NCBI RefSeq assembly: GCF_018336915.1
Contig: NZ_CP064927.1
Span: forward strand, 90,001-122,000
Direction of reading: 5' to 3'
Source of the DNA: Acaryochloris marina S15
GTDB lineage: Bacteria > Cyanobacteriota > Cyanobacteriia > Thermosynechococcales > Thermosynechococcaceae
Length of the DNA: 32,000 bases
Below, piece after piece: positions 1 to 7,975 of this stretch. Made by a program: the position numbers and the translations under genes. The notes under the pieces were generated by a model that was given only the letters and a program-made list of their open reading frames with translations, searched no databases and had not been told where the DNA came from. Every line of letters starts with the position of its first letter. Positions within the stretch are counted from its first letter, which is position 1.

Positions 1-1506
1 GGCATACAGTTCTAACACTAGGGTCTCAGCACTAGTAAGGGGTTGACCCGTCACGATCACGTCTAGATTGGGTAGAACTCGGAGGGTCGATTCCACGGCC
101 ACTGCAGTAGGAGTGTATTGAGTAACTGATCCCAAACAGTAAGCCCCTAAGGCGTTTACCCGAAAACAGACTAAACCGTCATATCGACTCACAAACGCCA
201 AGTTGTCTGCTCCCCAGTAATCATTCACCTCCTCCACTTCTCCGTCATAGGGAGAAACATAACCGACATCAATGAGGCCAAGGGTAGCAGCATATTCCAA
301 CAAGAAGCACCGCAAATAGCATGACTGCAAAATGCTCCAGTCCGACCCAGCATCGTATAAGTCACCATAACCAGATTCAAGAAAGTAGAGGTTTTCTGGA
401 TTTCGACTCACAACAAAGGTCTGATGGGTCGCAATCATATACCGTCTAAAGTCTGATACATCGATCCATTCCATGACTGGACAACCCTGAAGGGCGGCCA
501 AGATAACTGACCGGCGATTGGGTGGAGATGTCAATCCTCGTTTCCCTTTTCCGGTTTGGCCTTTAATTTGATCAATACGACGCAATTCATCAAACTGTCG
601 AGTCTTGAGCCATTTTTTCCAGGCGATCTGAAGCGTTTTAGCCGGGTCTGTGCCTAATGCTTTTTGACCGGCAGGGGTGAGTTCTAATTTCTTGCCAGAT
701 AGAGAAGCAAGTCCAGTGGCTTGGACAATGAGGGGCCAAGCGAGAGATTTGATGGGGCCAATCGGGTGATTTTCCTGCCAGTCCTCAGTCGGGACAAATT
801 CGTCATAATAGTCCCCACCTTGAAGGTGGGGTGATATTGTTTTGATCGTTGCAGCAGAGGGGAGGTAGGTCTTGTCACTCACGGCAACTTTGCCCAGGTT
901 GATCAGACGAAGGATGGCCAGAAGATCCTGATGGGCGACTCGTTCTGTTTCAACATGAGTAATCGGTAAATGCTCGGTGATAATTTGTTCGGTTCTAGAT
1001 TGATAGTCATACAAGATTCGCTCCATCGCCCAAAGGGTGGGCTTTTCCTTTGATGTCTTTAGGGTTAACTTCTTAGGTTGAGGAACGAATTGTTGGAGTT
1101 CCAGATGGAGATCACCAGGGAGAGTTATACCCGGTTCAGAAGAATACCGATTGCTGGTATAGAAGAACAATCCTAAAGCGGAGGGAGTATGAAAGTACCC
1201 ATATTTTCGCTCTCCCCAATGTGGATGGCTACCATACTTGGCCTCGAACGGAAGGGCTTGAAACTGACCATCTATTGAATAAGTCGCTTCTGCTACGGCA
1301 GCTTGCTGAACCGGGTCAAGTGTGTTCCAAATGGCTCTTAGCTTCTTCCCTTGCAGATGAGTTGCAATTTCTTTAACGAGGTCATTCTTCCGAGTCAATT
1401 TGTGACTTATAGGTAACAAATTGAGCAACTTTTTCAAATAGTCAACGTTACGCTGACTGAGTGCTTCGGTGACGGTTGAAAATTGCTCGTAGGAAGAATA
1501 GGCCAT
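1..1506 (-). CDS. hypothetical protein, partial (C-terminus lies beyond the window edge)
   Basis: Minus-strand frame is open from the ATG at 1506-1504 (MAYSSYEQFSTVTEALSQRNVDYLKKLL...) down to base 1, hand-translated as 502 codons without a stop. It is absent from the ORF track because it has no stop inside the window. I cannot name any motif with confidence. Confidence 0.6.
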   Translation of the reverse strand, partial: MAYSSYEQFSTVTEALSQRNVDYLKKLLNLLPISHKLTRKNDLVKEIATHLQGKKLRAIWNTLDPVQQAAVAEATYSIDGQFQALPFEAKYGSHPHWGERKYGYFHTPSALGLFFYTSNRYSSEPGITLPGDLHLELQQFVPQPKKLTLKTSKEKPTLWAMERILYDYQSRTEQIITEHLPITHVETERVAHQDLLAILRLINLGKVAVSDKTYLPSAATIKTISPHLQGGDYYDEFVPTEDWQENHPIGPIKSLAWPLIVQATGLASLSGKKLELTPAGQKALGTDPAKTLQIAWKKWLKTRQFDELRRIDQIKGQTGKGKRGLTSPPNRRSVILAALQGCPVMEWIDVSDFRRYMIATHQTFVVSRNPENLYFLESGYGDLYDAGSDWSILQSCYLRCFLLEYAATLGLIDVGYVSPYDGEVEEVNDYWGADNLAFVSRYDGLVCFRVNALGAYCLGSVTQYTPTAVAVESTLRVLPNLDVIVTGQPLTSAETLVLELYA

Positions 1507-2037
1507 CGCTGTTAGTGCTTGGTCAAAGTGATAAGGGTAGGCTTGGTGTCTCTAGACTCCTCCATAGTTTGACAGTCAAACACCTAATACTACAAGAGAA
1601 TTAAAGGCATGTTAGCTCAATAATCTGTAACGCTTCCAGATCAGGCAAACAGAACCACCAACAAACAGCAGATTTCTCAACGTCATTCCTGGAAAGAATT
1701 TCAGCGTCGAGTCTGAAATGGATCATTTTTCGTGTAATACAGATAATGATTTGTTGAATCTCAATTAATCGTGCCGCCCCAAAAATTGGCAAAGTCTTGC
1801 CGCCGACATTTCCGAGTAAGCGATCGCCCACGCCCACGCTCTCGCAAAGTTTGCCTTGGACAAGCAACTTATTGCAGATGTTGATCTTCAATGGAAGCGG
1901 AACAGATTATTATGTTGTCGATAAGAGTATATTAATTGGGCATATTTGTACGAATTCACAGGCTTGTAGCACTTTAGCTTTGAGGCTAGCACAATGATCT
2001 GTTCCTCTTCCACCCTGGCTTTGAACCTGGCCGACTT

Positions 2038-2373
2038 CTAAAACAAACGAATGATATTAGATACAAATGTGCTAATTGATGAGATTGGTATTAATCCTCC
2101 TATAGTTATAGAAACGCGCCTCGCTCCATAAGATGCATCTTTTGTAGAACTCGCTCTAGTAAAAGGACTTCCTGAATTTGGAGATGAGTTTTCAACCTCT
2201 GAAAATGAAGATGCCGTAGTATAAATTTCCTCAATATCTATATTGAAGTAGGTGAGTCCAAATCCTCCAGAGATAACTTCTTGATCCCGCTCGAGGATGT
2301 CCACAATCACATCCTCGTCAAATAGTTTAGTTGAAATGACTTTAGATGGTTGAGTGTGAGAAAAGTGAGACAT
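2038..2373 (-). CDS. double-glycine leader peptide precursor F (111 aa)
   Basis: AGGAGG lies 6 nt upstream of the ATG. The 37-aa leader ends ...ILERDQEVISGG. The 74-aa Cys-free core has an EVENSSPNS motif shared with ORF 6547-6795 and a hydrophobic tail ITIGGLIPISSISTFVSNIIRLF. The gene starts 20 nt downstream of the C39-ABC transporter stop. Confidence 0.7.
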   Translation of the reverse strand: MSHFSHTQPSKVISTKLFDEDVIVDILERDQEVISGGFGLTYFNIDIEEIYTTASSFSEVENSSPNSGSPFTRASSTKDASYGARRVSITIGGLIPISSISTFVSNIIRLF

Positions 2374-2393
2374 AATATTCCTCCTTATAGGAG

Positions 2394-4577
2394 CTAATGA
2401 ATTAAAAATTTCAGATGTTCCCCAGGCAATTTAGACAAAGTCTTAAAATCACCTTCTAATTTGACTTGACCTTTATCTATGAGAACAAGCCACTCAGCTC
2501 GCTGAATGGTACTAGGTCGATGGGAAATCATGATTGTGGTTTTTCCTTTTCGATGTTGCAAGAGTTTATCCAATAATTCTGCTTCACTAACTGGATCTAA
2601 ACCTGCTGTAGCTTCATCTAGGATAAGAATGGGAGGATTATTGACAATGGCACGAGCGATAGCCAAGCGTTGTCGCTGTCCACCCGATAAATTAGCGCCA
2701 AACTCTCCCAATACGGTTTGATAGGTATTGGGTAATTCACTAATAAAGCTATCTGCATCAGCGATCTGGCAAGCCTTGATAATATCTTCAAAGGAAAGCT
2801 GTGGATTACCCAGGTGAAAGTTTTCAATAATTGAACGGCTCCAAAAATGAGGTTCCTGGGGAACAAACGATACTTGCTGTCTGAGTGATTCCAGCGATAG
2901 ATCTTTCAAGTTAAATGGACCAATGCGCACAGTGCCTGATTGAGGCTGATACAGTCCTGAGATTACCTTGGCTAGAGTACTTTTACCACAGCCTGACTTC
3001 CCAATGACCACAGTTACTTTTCCTCCAGGTAACTTCAAAGAAAAATCATCCAGTAAGGTGACTCGACCCGTATGATGAAAATTCAACTGTTTGCAAGTAA
3101 TATCGTACTCGCTAGAGAGTTGGACGAGGGGCTTCTTGGCTTCGCCAATAGATTCCGGTGTTGCATCAATGACTTCTAAGATACGTCCAATTGCAGTCTG
3201 GGCACGAAAATATTCATCTGTTAAGCTAATCACGACTGACATAAGTGCCAGAAGATTGCCTTGCATAGTGTTGAAAGCCAGCAGTTGCCCAATGCTAATT
3301 TCTTCCTTGATCACCAACAAGCTGCCCGTTGTTAAGAGGGCAACACTGCCGATACCTGATATAAACTGAGTGAAGGTGCCATTTAGAATACTGATTTGAA
3401 TCGTACTAAAGGTTAAATTTGTGAGACGACCAAATCTTGACTGAAACTCTTCCCAAAATTGGGGAGCAGAGTTTGTTGTTTTTAGCACTAGTGCACCTTT
3501 AAAGGTTTCCACTAAGATTCCTTGGTTTTCTGAAGATAAAATCAATAAATCACGGGTCTTCTGCCGCAAAGTGGGTAAAAAAGGTAATGTTGACAAAGCC
3601 ATAATTAATGCGACAACAGCAGCTACTAGGGTCAAGCTGGCACTGTAAAATAGCATAAATCCTAGAGAAATAATGGCGACAAATACTTGGCTAGGAACTT
3701 GAACAACAATTTGCGAAACGAGCTGATTAATTTCATTGATATCGCGCAAACGGCTGACAATTTCGCCACTACGTCGGGCTTCATAGTAACCCAAAGGTAA
3801 AGATAGAATCTTACGACCAAATTCTAGGACGAGTCCTAACTGCAACCTTTGACTGAAGTGGGCAATTAGATTCGACTGCATGAGCCGAAGGCTACTACTG
3901 AAAACTTGCGAAATAACCACACCCACAACAACTACCGTTAGAAGTTCCAAGTCCTGACGAACCAAGACATCATCTGTCAGAATCTGAATAAGGAATGGAC
4001 TGGATAATGCTAATAAACCTAAGACAATATTAATGAGAAGTGCTTGGCTTAAAATATTTCGATAAGGCCAAATTCGTTTCAGAAATCTAGAAAAGCCGTC
4101 GGCCTGTACTTCATCTACATCATTAAGTCTCTCAAAATCAGGCTCTAGTAAGAGCATGATTCCATTCCAAGACTCCAAAAGCTCTCGTTTGGTGAGATAG
4201 CGAATTCCGATTCCTGGATCAGCGACGATATACTTATGACCACGTTTTCCATATAGAATAATCCAGTGATAGCCTTTCCAGTGGATAATGGCTGGCAGCA
4301 AGATTTCCTGCAACTGATCAACTAAGGCTTCTGATGCTTTAACAGATCGGGCATTAAAGCCTAACGACTCTGCTCCTCGTTTCAATCCCAAGAGAGTTGT
4401 TCCTAACTGTCCAGTGCCGACAACTTCTCGACTACGAGTGATGCTGAGTAAACGACCGTAATACTTACATATGGATGCTAAACAAGCTGCTCCACAGTCT
4501 TCTTCACTCCATTGTTTGATACATTGGTAGCTCTTGCGTGAGTTGAATATTGGATTATGAAGCATTAAAGCAGCCAT
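2394..4577 (-). CDS. peptidase C39 domain-containing ABC transporter (PCAT-type GG-leader processing and export ATPase)
   Basis: 727 aa. N-terminal C39 motifs: catalytic Cys in EEDCGAACLASICKYYG, His in HWKGYHWIILYG, Asp in VADPG. A hydrophobic multi-TM core follows. The NBD has Walker A GKSGCGKST, ABC signature LSGGQRQR, Walker B ILILDEAT and H-loop ISHR. Confidence 0.93.
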   Translation of the reverse strand: MAALMLHNPIFNSRKSYQCIKQWSEEDCGAACLASICKYYGRLLSITRSREVVGTGQLGTTLLGLKRGAESLGFNARSVKASEALVDQLQEILLPAIIHWKGYHWIILYGKRGHKYIVADPGIGIRYLTKRELLESWNGIMLLLEPDFERLNDVDEVQADGFSRFLKRIWPYRNILSQALLINIVLGLLALSSPFLIQILTDDVLVRQDLELLTVVVVGVVISQVFSSSLRLMQSNLIAHFSQRLQLGLVLEFGRKILSLPLGYYEARRSGEIVSRLRDINEINQLVSQIVVQVPSQVFVAIISLGFMLFYSASLTLVAAVVALIMALSTLPFLPTLRQKTRDLLILSSENQGILVETFKGALVLKTTNSAPQFWEEFQSRFGRLTNLTFSTIQISILNGTFTQFISGIGSVALLTTGSLLVIKEEISIGQLLAFNTMQGNLLALMSVVISLTDEYFRAQTAIGRILEVIDATPESIGEAKKPLVQLSSEYDITCKQLNFHHTGRVTLLDDFSLKLPGGKVTVVIGKSGCGKSTLAKVISGLYQPQSGTVRIGPFNLKDLSLESLRQQVSFVPQEPHFWSRSIIENFHLGNPQLSFEDIIKACQIADADSFISELPNTYQTVLGEFGANLSGGQRQRLAIARAIVNNPPILILDEATAGLDPVSEAELLDKLLQHRKGKTTIMISHRPSTIQRAEWLVLIDKGQVKLEGDFKTLSKLPGEHLKFLIH

Positions 4578-4722
4578 AGATAGTGTGCCTTACTCCCTTC
4601 ATGCCATAAGATCACTTATCTAAATATTGCTGAAATTCTTGTATATCAAGAATCTGCTCTCCAATCTTATGCATGGAAGGGAATAATTGTTTGCTAAAGC
4701 CTGATGATCATTCGTGAATAAG

Positions 4723-6066
4723 TTAGAAATTAGATATTAATCGTGCTTTTTTGAGGACAAACTGGAGGACGGTTTCTTGGCGAGAGATAATATCAGCTCG
4801 TCCTTCCATCCCGAATTGCAAACGACACCAGCGCTGTTGATTTCCCATATATAGAGACCGTGGCAGAACTATGACCTCATAAAAGGTTGGGCTAGCAGCA
4901 GGAGCCACAGTTTCACCTACTGAAATTGCATCAGGGGATACAGCCTTAACGGTTCCATGCAAGATTCCGTAGTCAGTATAGGGGCAGGCTGAGACTCGCA
5001 TTTGCACAGCTTGTCCCTTTTTAACCTGATTAATATCCTGGGCACTCACTTTTACTTTGATAATTACTGGAGCTTTTCGGGGGGCAATTTGAGTGATCGC
5101 TGCCCCTTGTTGTACCACTTGTCCAGGATTACGAAGATTCAGTTGTAAAACGGTGCCATCGATAGGAGCTTGAATATGAGTTCCTCGTAGTTCACTATTA
5201 ATTTGCTCTAGCTCCTTTTGAGTACGCTGCAACTGATTCTGAGATTCTATACGAGTTCGCATTAGCTGCTCTCTCTGTTGATTTAAGCCTGCGATAGTAA
5301 CATTTCCTCTAGCTTTTTCTTGAGAGATTTGCTCTAACGCTTTGTTAATCGTGGCATTAGTAGGATTTAAGGCTACTTTGACTCGCTTTAATCTAGCAGC
5401 TGCAGCTTTTAAAGAAGCTCTTTTCTCTTGAACTTGCAGTTTAGCGATTGCACCCGATTTTTCCAGCTCTTTGAAGCGTTGATATGCTTCATCGGCTAAA
5501 TCATAGCCTGCTTGAGTTTCTTCTAAGTCAGCTTCAGTACTAATCTGTAAATCCTTATAGCGACGCCAATTCTCAGCCAAATTAGCTTCAGCCGCCGCAA
5601 TAGAACGTGTAACCAACCATGACTCAGCAATAATCTGATTATCTAAAGCTCTTAATTGAGCATTGATCTGATACCGTTGAAGGGTTATGGAGCGAATGTC
5701 ACCTTGGAGCTGGCTTTTTCGATTTTGTAAGCTAGTGTCATCCAATCGTGCGATTATATCTCCCTTTTTGACGGCCTTGTTTTCCTCTACATTTATATTC
5801 GTAACCGTACCTTCAATACTACTTTGAACTATACTCAAGCCACCCGCAGGACGGATTTTTGCAGGTGCCTTAACGGTAATGCTGAATTTGATAACAGAGG
5901 ATAGTGCTACAGCAATACCAAATACAAGAATAAGAATCATTCCACCCAGTGAGACCCATGGACTAATAGAGGGTAAAAATTCATCTTCCTGAACAAAATG
6001 TAGCTGCTCTGGCTGCAAAATACTCATGTGAATACAAAATTCCAGAAAAGTGTATTTATAAAACAT
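4723..6066 (-). CDS. HlyD-family secretion adaptor (membrane fusion protein) for the ABC exporter
   Basis: 447 aa. It has an N-terminal TM helix (WVSLGGMILILVFGIAVALSSVI) and a long Q/E/L/A-rich coiled-coil centre, and lies immediately upstream of the PCAT gene. Its ATG overlaps the stop of the upstream peptide gene (TAATG at 6068-6064). Met14 (6027) is an alternative start. Confidence 0.85.
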   Translation of the reverse strand: MFYKYTFLEFCIHMSILQPEQLHFVQEDEFLPSISPWVSLGGMILILVFGIAVALSSVIKFSITVKAPAKIRPAGGLSIVQSSIEGTVTNINVEENKAVKKGDIIARLDDTSLQNRKSQLQGDIRSITLQRYQINAQLRALDNQIIAESWLVTRSIAAAEANLAENWRRYKDLQISTEADLEETQAGYDLADEAYQRFKELEKSGAIAKLQVQEKRASLKAAAARLKRVKVALNPTNATINKALEQISQEKARGNVTIAGLNQQREQLMRTRIESQNQLQRTQKELEQINSELRGTHIQAPIDGTVLQLNLRNPGQVVQQGAAITQIAPRKAPVIIKVKVSAQDINQVKKGQAVQMRVSACPYTDYGILHGTVKAVSPDAISVGETVAPAASPTFYEVIVLPRSLYMGNQQRWCRLQFGMEGRADIISRQETVLQFVLKKARLISNF

Positions 6067-6344
6067 TAAATTAGAGTAGCTATACTTTGCTGAGCAATTG
6101 CTGAAGCTGAATTATTTTCTCCAATCGCAAAAGCTAAATTTACTTGAACAGCATTATTGATAACAACATCAGTCGAGAAATCTTGTGTAGTAATATTTTC
6201 ATTAAATGGTTTCTGGTTGATAAAAGGTTTAAAAAGATAGCTAAAATATGAGTTAATACTAGTATTAAATCCGCCAATTATACATTCTTGTTTTGTTTCA
6301 TCTAAATCAGAAAACAGCTGAGATTTATGATTTCGAGACATCAT
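6066..6344 (-). CDS. double-glycine leader peptide precursor E (92 aa from ATG 6344)
   Basis: The ORF track extends this to 6419 (117 aa). However, GAGGT sits 7 nt upstream of the internal ATG at 6344, and from there the sequence MMSRNHKSQLFSDLDETKQECIIGG is a canonical 25-aa GG leader. The 67-aa core shares the QDFSTD and IGENNSASAIAQQ motifs with the triplicated genes. Confidence 0.7.
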   Translation of the reverse strand: MMSRNHKSQLFSDLDETKQECIIGGFNTSINSYFSYLFKPFINQKPFNENITTQDFSTDVVINNAVQVNLAFAIGENNSASAIAQQSIATLI

Positions 6345-6546
6345 CGAACTGACCTCATAACAGAACCTAAAAATAGATAATGGTATAAATATGATCATGG
6401 CAATAGTATTTGAACTCATTTATAGCTAAAGAAAAATGAATAGCTCTAGCTATGTCTACTTTTAATGCAGATGAGTTCTCGCTGATATAAGACAATTTTA
6501 AAATAAAAGTACATCCAAATATAGCGAGAACTAATATATAAACAAG

Positions 6547-6795
6547 TTATGTAATGATTGTTCTTGATTGACTTACTGATGAATTCGCTGAGCTATTTTC
6601 ACCTACTTCTTTAACTTCATTTTTTTGAACATAAGTACTACCACCATTTCCAAATAATGAAGAGAGCACAGAATTTTTGGGAAATAGGTTGTCAAGATCT
6701 AAGTCATCGATCTGGATACTTCCCCCAGATATATATTCTTGCTGCTTCTCTCCTAAACTTATAAAAAGTTTTTCTTGTATAGGGTTATGAAACAT
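6547..6795 (-). CDS. double-glycine leader peptide precursor D (82 aa)
   Basis: GAGGTG lies 8 nt upstream of the ATG. The leader is MFHNPIQEKLFISLGEKQQEYISGG. The 57-aa Cys-free core contains EVGENSSANSS, related to the motif in precursor F. Confidence 0.75.
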   Translation of the reverse strand: MFHNPIQEKLFISLGEKQQEYISGGSIQIDDLDLDNLFPKNSVLSSLFGNGGSTYVQKNEVKEVGENSSANSSVSQSRTIIT

Positions 6796-6809
6796 GATGA
6801 GTTCACCTC

Positions 6810-6853
6810 AAAAAAATCTAAAGAGAGTTTGAAACACTTAAACTCTCTTTAGA
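6810..6853 (-). terminator. intrinsic terminator or attenuator between the triplicated precursor genes and precursor D
   Basis: A perfect 14-bp stem (6817-6830 pairs with 6840-6853) encloses a 9-nt loop. On the minus strand it is followed directly by T7 (A-run 6810-6816 on plus), then the GAGGTG RBS of precursor D. The stem is AT-rich, so it is probably leaky. Confidence 0.55.
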
Positions 6854-7051
6854 AAAACTACCTTATTAGATCTCTTACAAAATTCTTTTTTTATGATCAT
6901 AGGCTTGCCAAAATAAGTCTTTGCTGCTTTTCAGCATTTATATCTATGGACAAACCATTGATGATATAGATTTCAGAAAATTCTCCTAATATCTTGTGAG
7001 ATGAATTTTGCAAGAGATCTATTAAGTATCTCTAGAAATTGCTCAACATTA

Positions 7052-7273
7052 CTAGGAAAAAGATAAAACGGTAAGAGCTTGCTTCGCTGCAGCCCCTGAT
7101 GAATTATTTTTACCAATTGATAGAGCTGCATTAGTTTGATAGGTATCATCAACATCAATATCTGTTGAGAAATCCTGCTCTAAATAATTACGACTAAATA
7201 GTTCAGGGCCAAAGGAACCCCCAGAAATTAACTCTTGTTGGTCATCATTCAGCTCTACAAATAAATTAGACAT
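7052..7273 (-). CDS. double-glycine leader peptide precursor C (73 aa)
   Basis: The ORF track starts at a GTG (MRHIT...), but that GTGAGG is the likely RBS, 9 nt upstream of the ATG at 7273. The leader is MSNLFVELNDDQQELISGG. The 54-aa acidic Cys-free core ends ...IGKNNSSGAAAKQALTVLSFS. Confidence 0.8.
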   Translation of the reverse strand: MSNLFVELNDDQQELISGGSFGPELFSRNYLEQDFSTDIDVDDTYQTNAALSIGKNNSSGAAAKQALTVLSFS

Positions 7274-7402
7274 AGTTATGTGCCTCACTTGTATATATCA
7301 TAGAAAAAACTTAAAGCTTAGGCTGAAAACTAGATAACGATTCATCTCTTCCTTGATGCCTATTACTAGGAAGAAAATGTCAGTCTATCTCTCACAGCTA
7401 TC

Positions 7403-7624
7403 TTAGGAAAAAGATAAAACAGTAAGATCTTGCATAGCAAATGCATCTGACCTATTATTTTTACCAATTGATAGAGCTGCATTAGTTTGATAGGTATCAT
7501 CAACATCAATATCTGTTGAGAAATCCTGCTCTAAATAATTACGACTAAATAGTTCAGGGCCAAAGGAACCCCCAGAAATTAACTCTTGTTGGTCATCATT
7601 CAGCTCTACAAATAAATTAGACAT
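7403..7624 (-). CDS. double-glycine leader peptide precursor B (73 aa)
   Basis: Same leader and RBS as copy C. The core differs only in a clustered patch (...IGKNNRSDAFAMQDLTVLSFS). Confidence 0.8.
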   Translation of the reverse strand: MSNLFVELNDDQQELISGGSFGPELFSRNYLEQDFSTDIDVDDTYQTNAALSIGKNNRSDAFAMQDLTVLSFS

Positions 7625-7753
7625 AGTTATGTGCCTCACTTGTATATATCATAGAAAAAACTTAAAGCTTAGGCTGAAAACTAGATAACGATTCATCTCT
7701 TCCTTGATGCCTATTACTAGGAAGAAAATGTCAGTCTATCTCTCACAGCTATC

Positions 7754-7975
7754 TTAGGAAAAAGATAAAACAGTAAGATCTTGCTTCGCTGCAGCCCCTG
7801 ATGAATTATTTTTACCAATTGATAGAGCTGCATTAGTTTGATAGGTATCATCAACATCAATATCTGTTGAGAAGTCCTGCTCTAAATAATTATAACTAAA
7901 TAGTTCAGGACCAAAGAAACCACCAGAAACTAGCTCTTGTTGGTTATCACTCAGTTCTACAAATAAATTAGACAT
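7754..7975 (-). CDS. double-glycine leader peptide precursor A (73 aa)
   Basis: GAGGT lies 8 nt upstream of the ATG. The leader is MSNLFVELSDNQQELVSGG. The core is FFGPELFSYNYLEQDFSTDIDVDDTYQTNAALSIGKNNSSGAAAKQDLTVLSFS (8 D/E versus 2 K, no Cys). Confidence 0.8.
   Translation of the reverse strand: MSNLFVELSDNQQELVSGGFFGPELFSYNYLEQDFSTDIDVDDTYQTNAALSIGKNNSSGAAAKQDLTVLSFS

Noticed and set aside
1601-1997. ORFs 1601-1891 (minus) and 1797-1997 (plus) between the hypothetical gene and precursor F
   Set aside because: The minus ORF starts only at a TTG, has no RBS and no recognisable motif. The plus ORF overlaps it and is Pro/Ser/Thr-rich noise. Neither can be supported.
2506-3369. Plus-strand and alternative-frame ORFs (2506-2721, 2618-2866, 3091-3369) inside the ABC transporter gene
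   Set aside because: They are shadow ORFs fully overlapped by a 727-aa gene with complete C39, TMD and NBD motifs. Their translations are low-complexity with no motifs.
6345-6419. N-terminal extensions given by the ORF track for precursor E (MSSNTIAMIIFIPLSIFRFCYEVSS) and for precursors B and C (MRHIT, from GTG at 7639 and 7288)
   Set aside because: In each case a GAGG-type RBS lies inside the extension at proper spacing from an internal ATG. The internal start gives a standard-length GG leader.
6973-7158. 61-aa minus-strand ORF overlapping the 3' end of precursor C
   Set aside because: It is in an alternative frame of a region already explained by precursor C and its downstream spacer, and it has no RBS or motif.
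7434-7453. Hypervariable patch as a diversity-generating retroelement target
   Set aside because: The substitutions are not restricted to adenine-templated positions. No reverse transcriptase or template repeat is present in the window.
2038-7975. Classifying the locus as a lanthipeptide, cyanobactin or other modified RiPP cluster
   Set aside because: The cores contain no Cys. No LanM/LanBC, YcaO, protease (PatA/G-type) or radical-SAM gene is present anywhere in the island.
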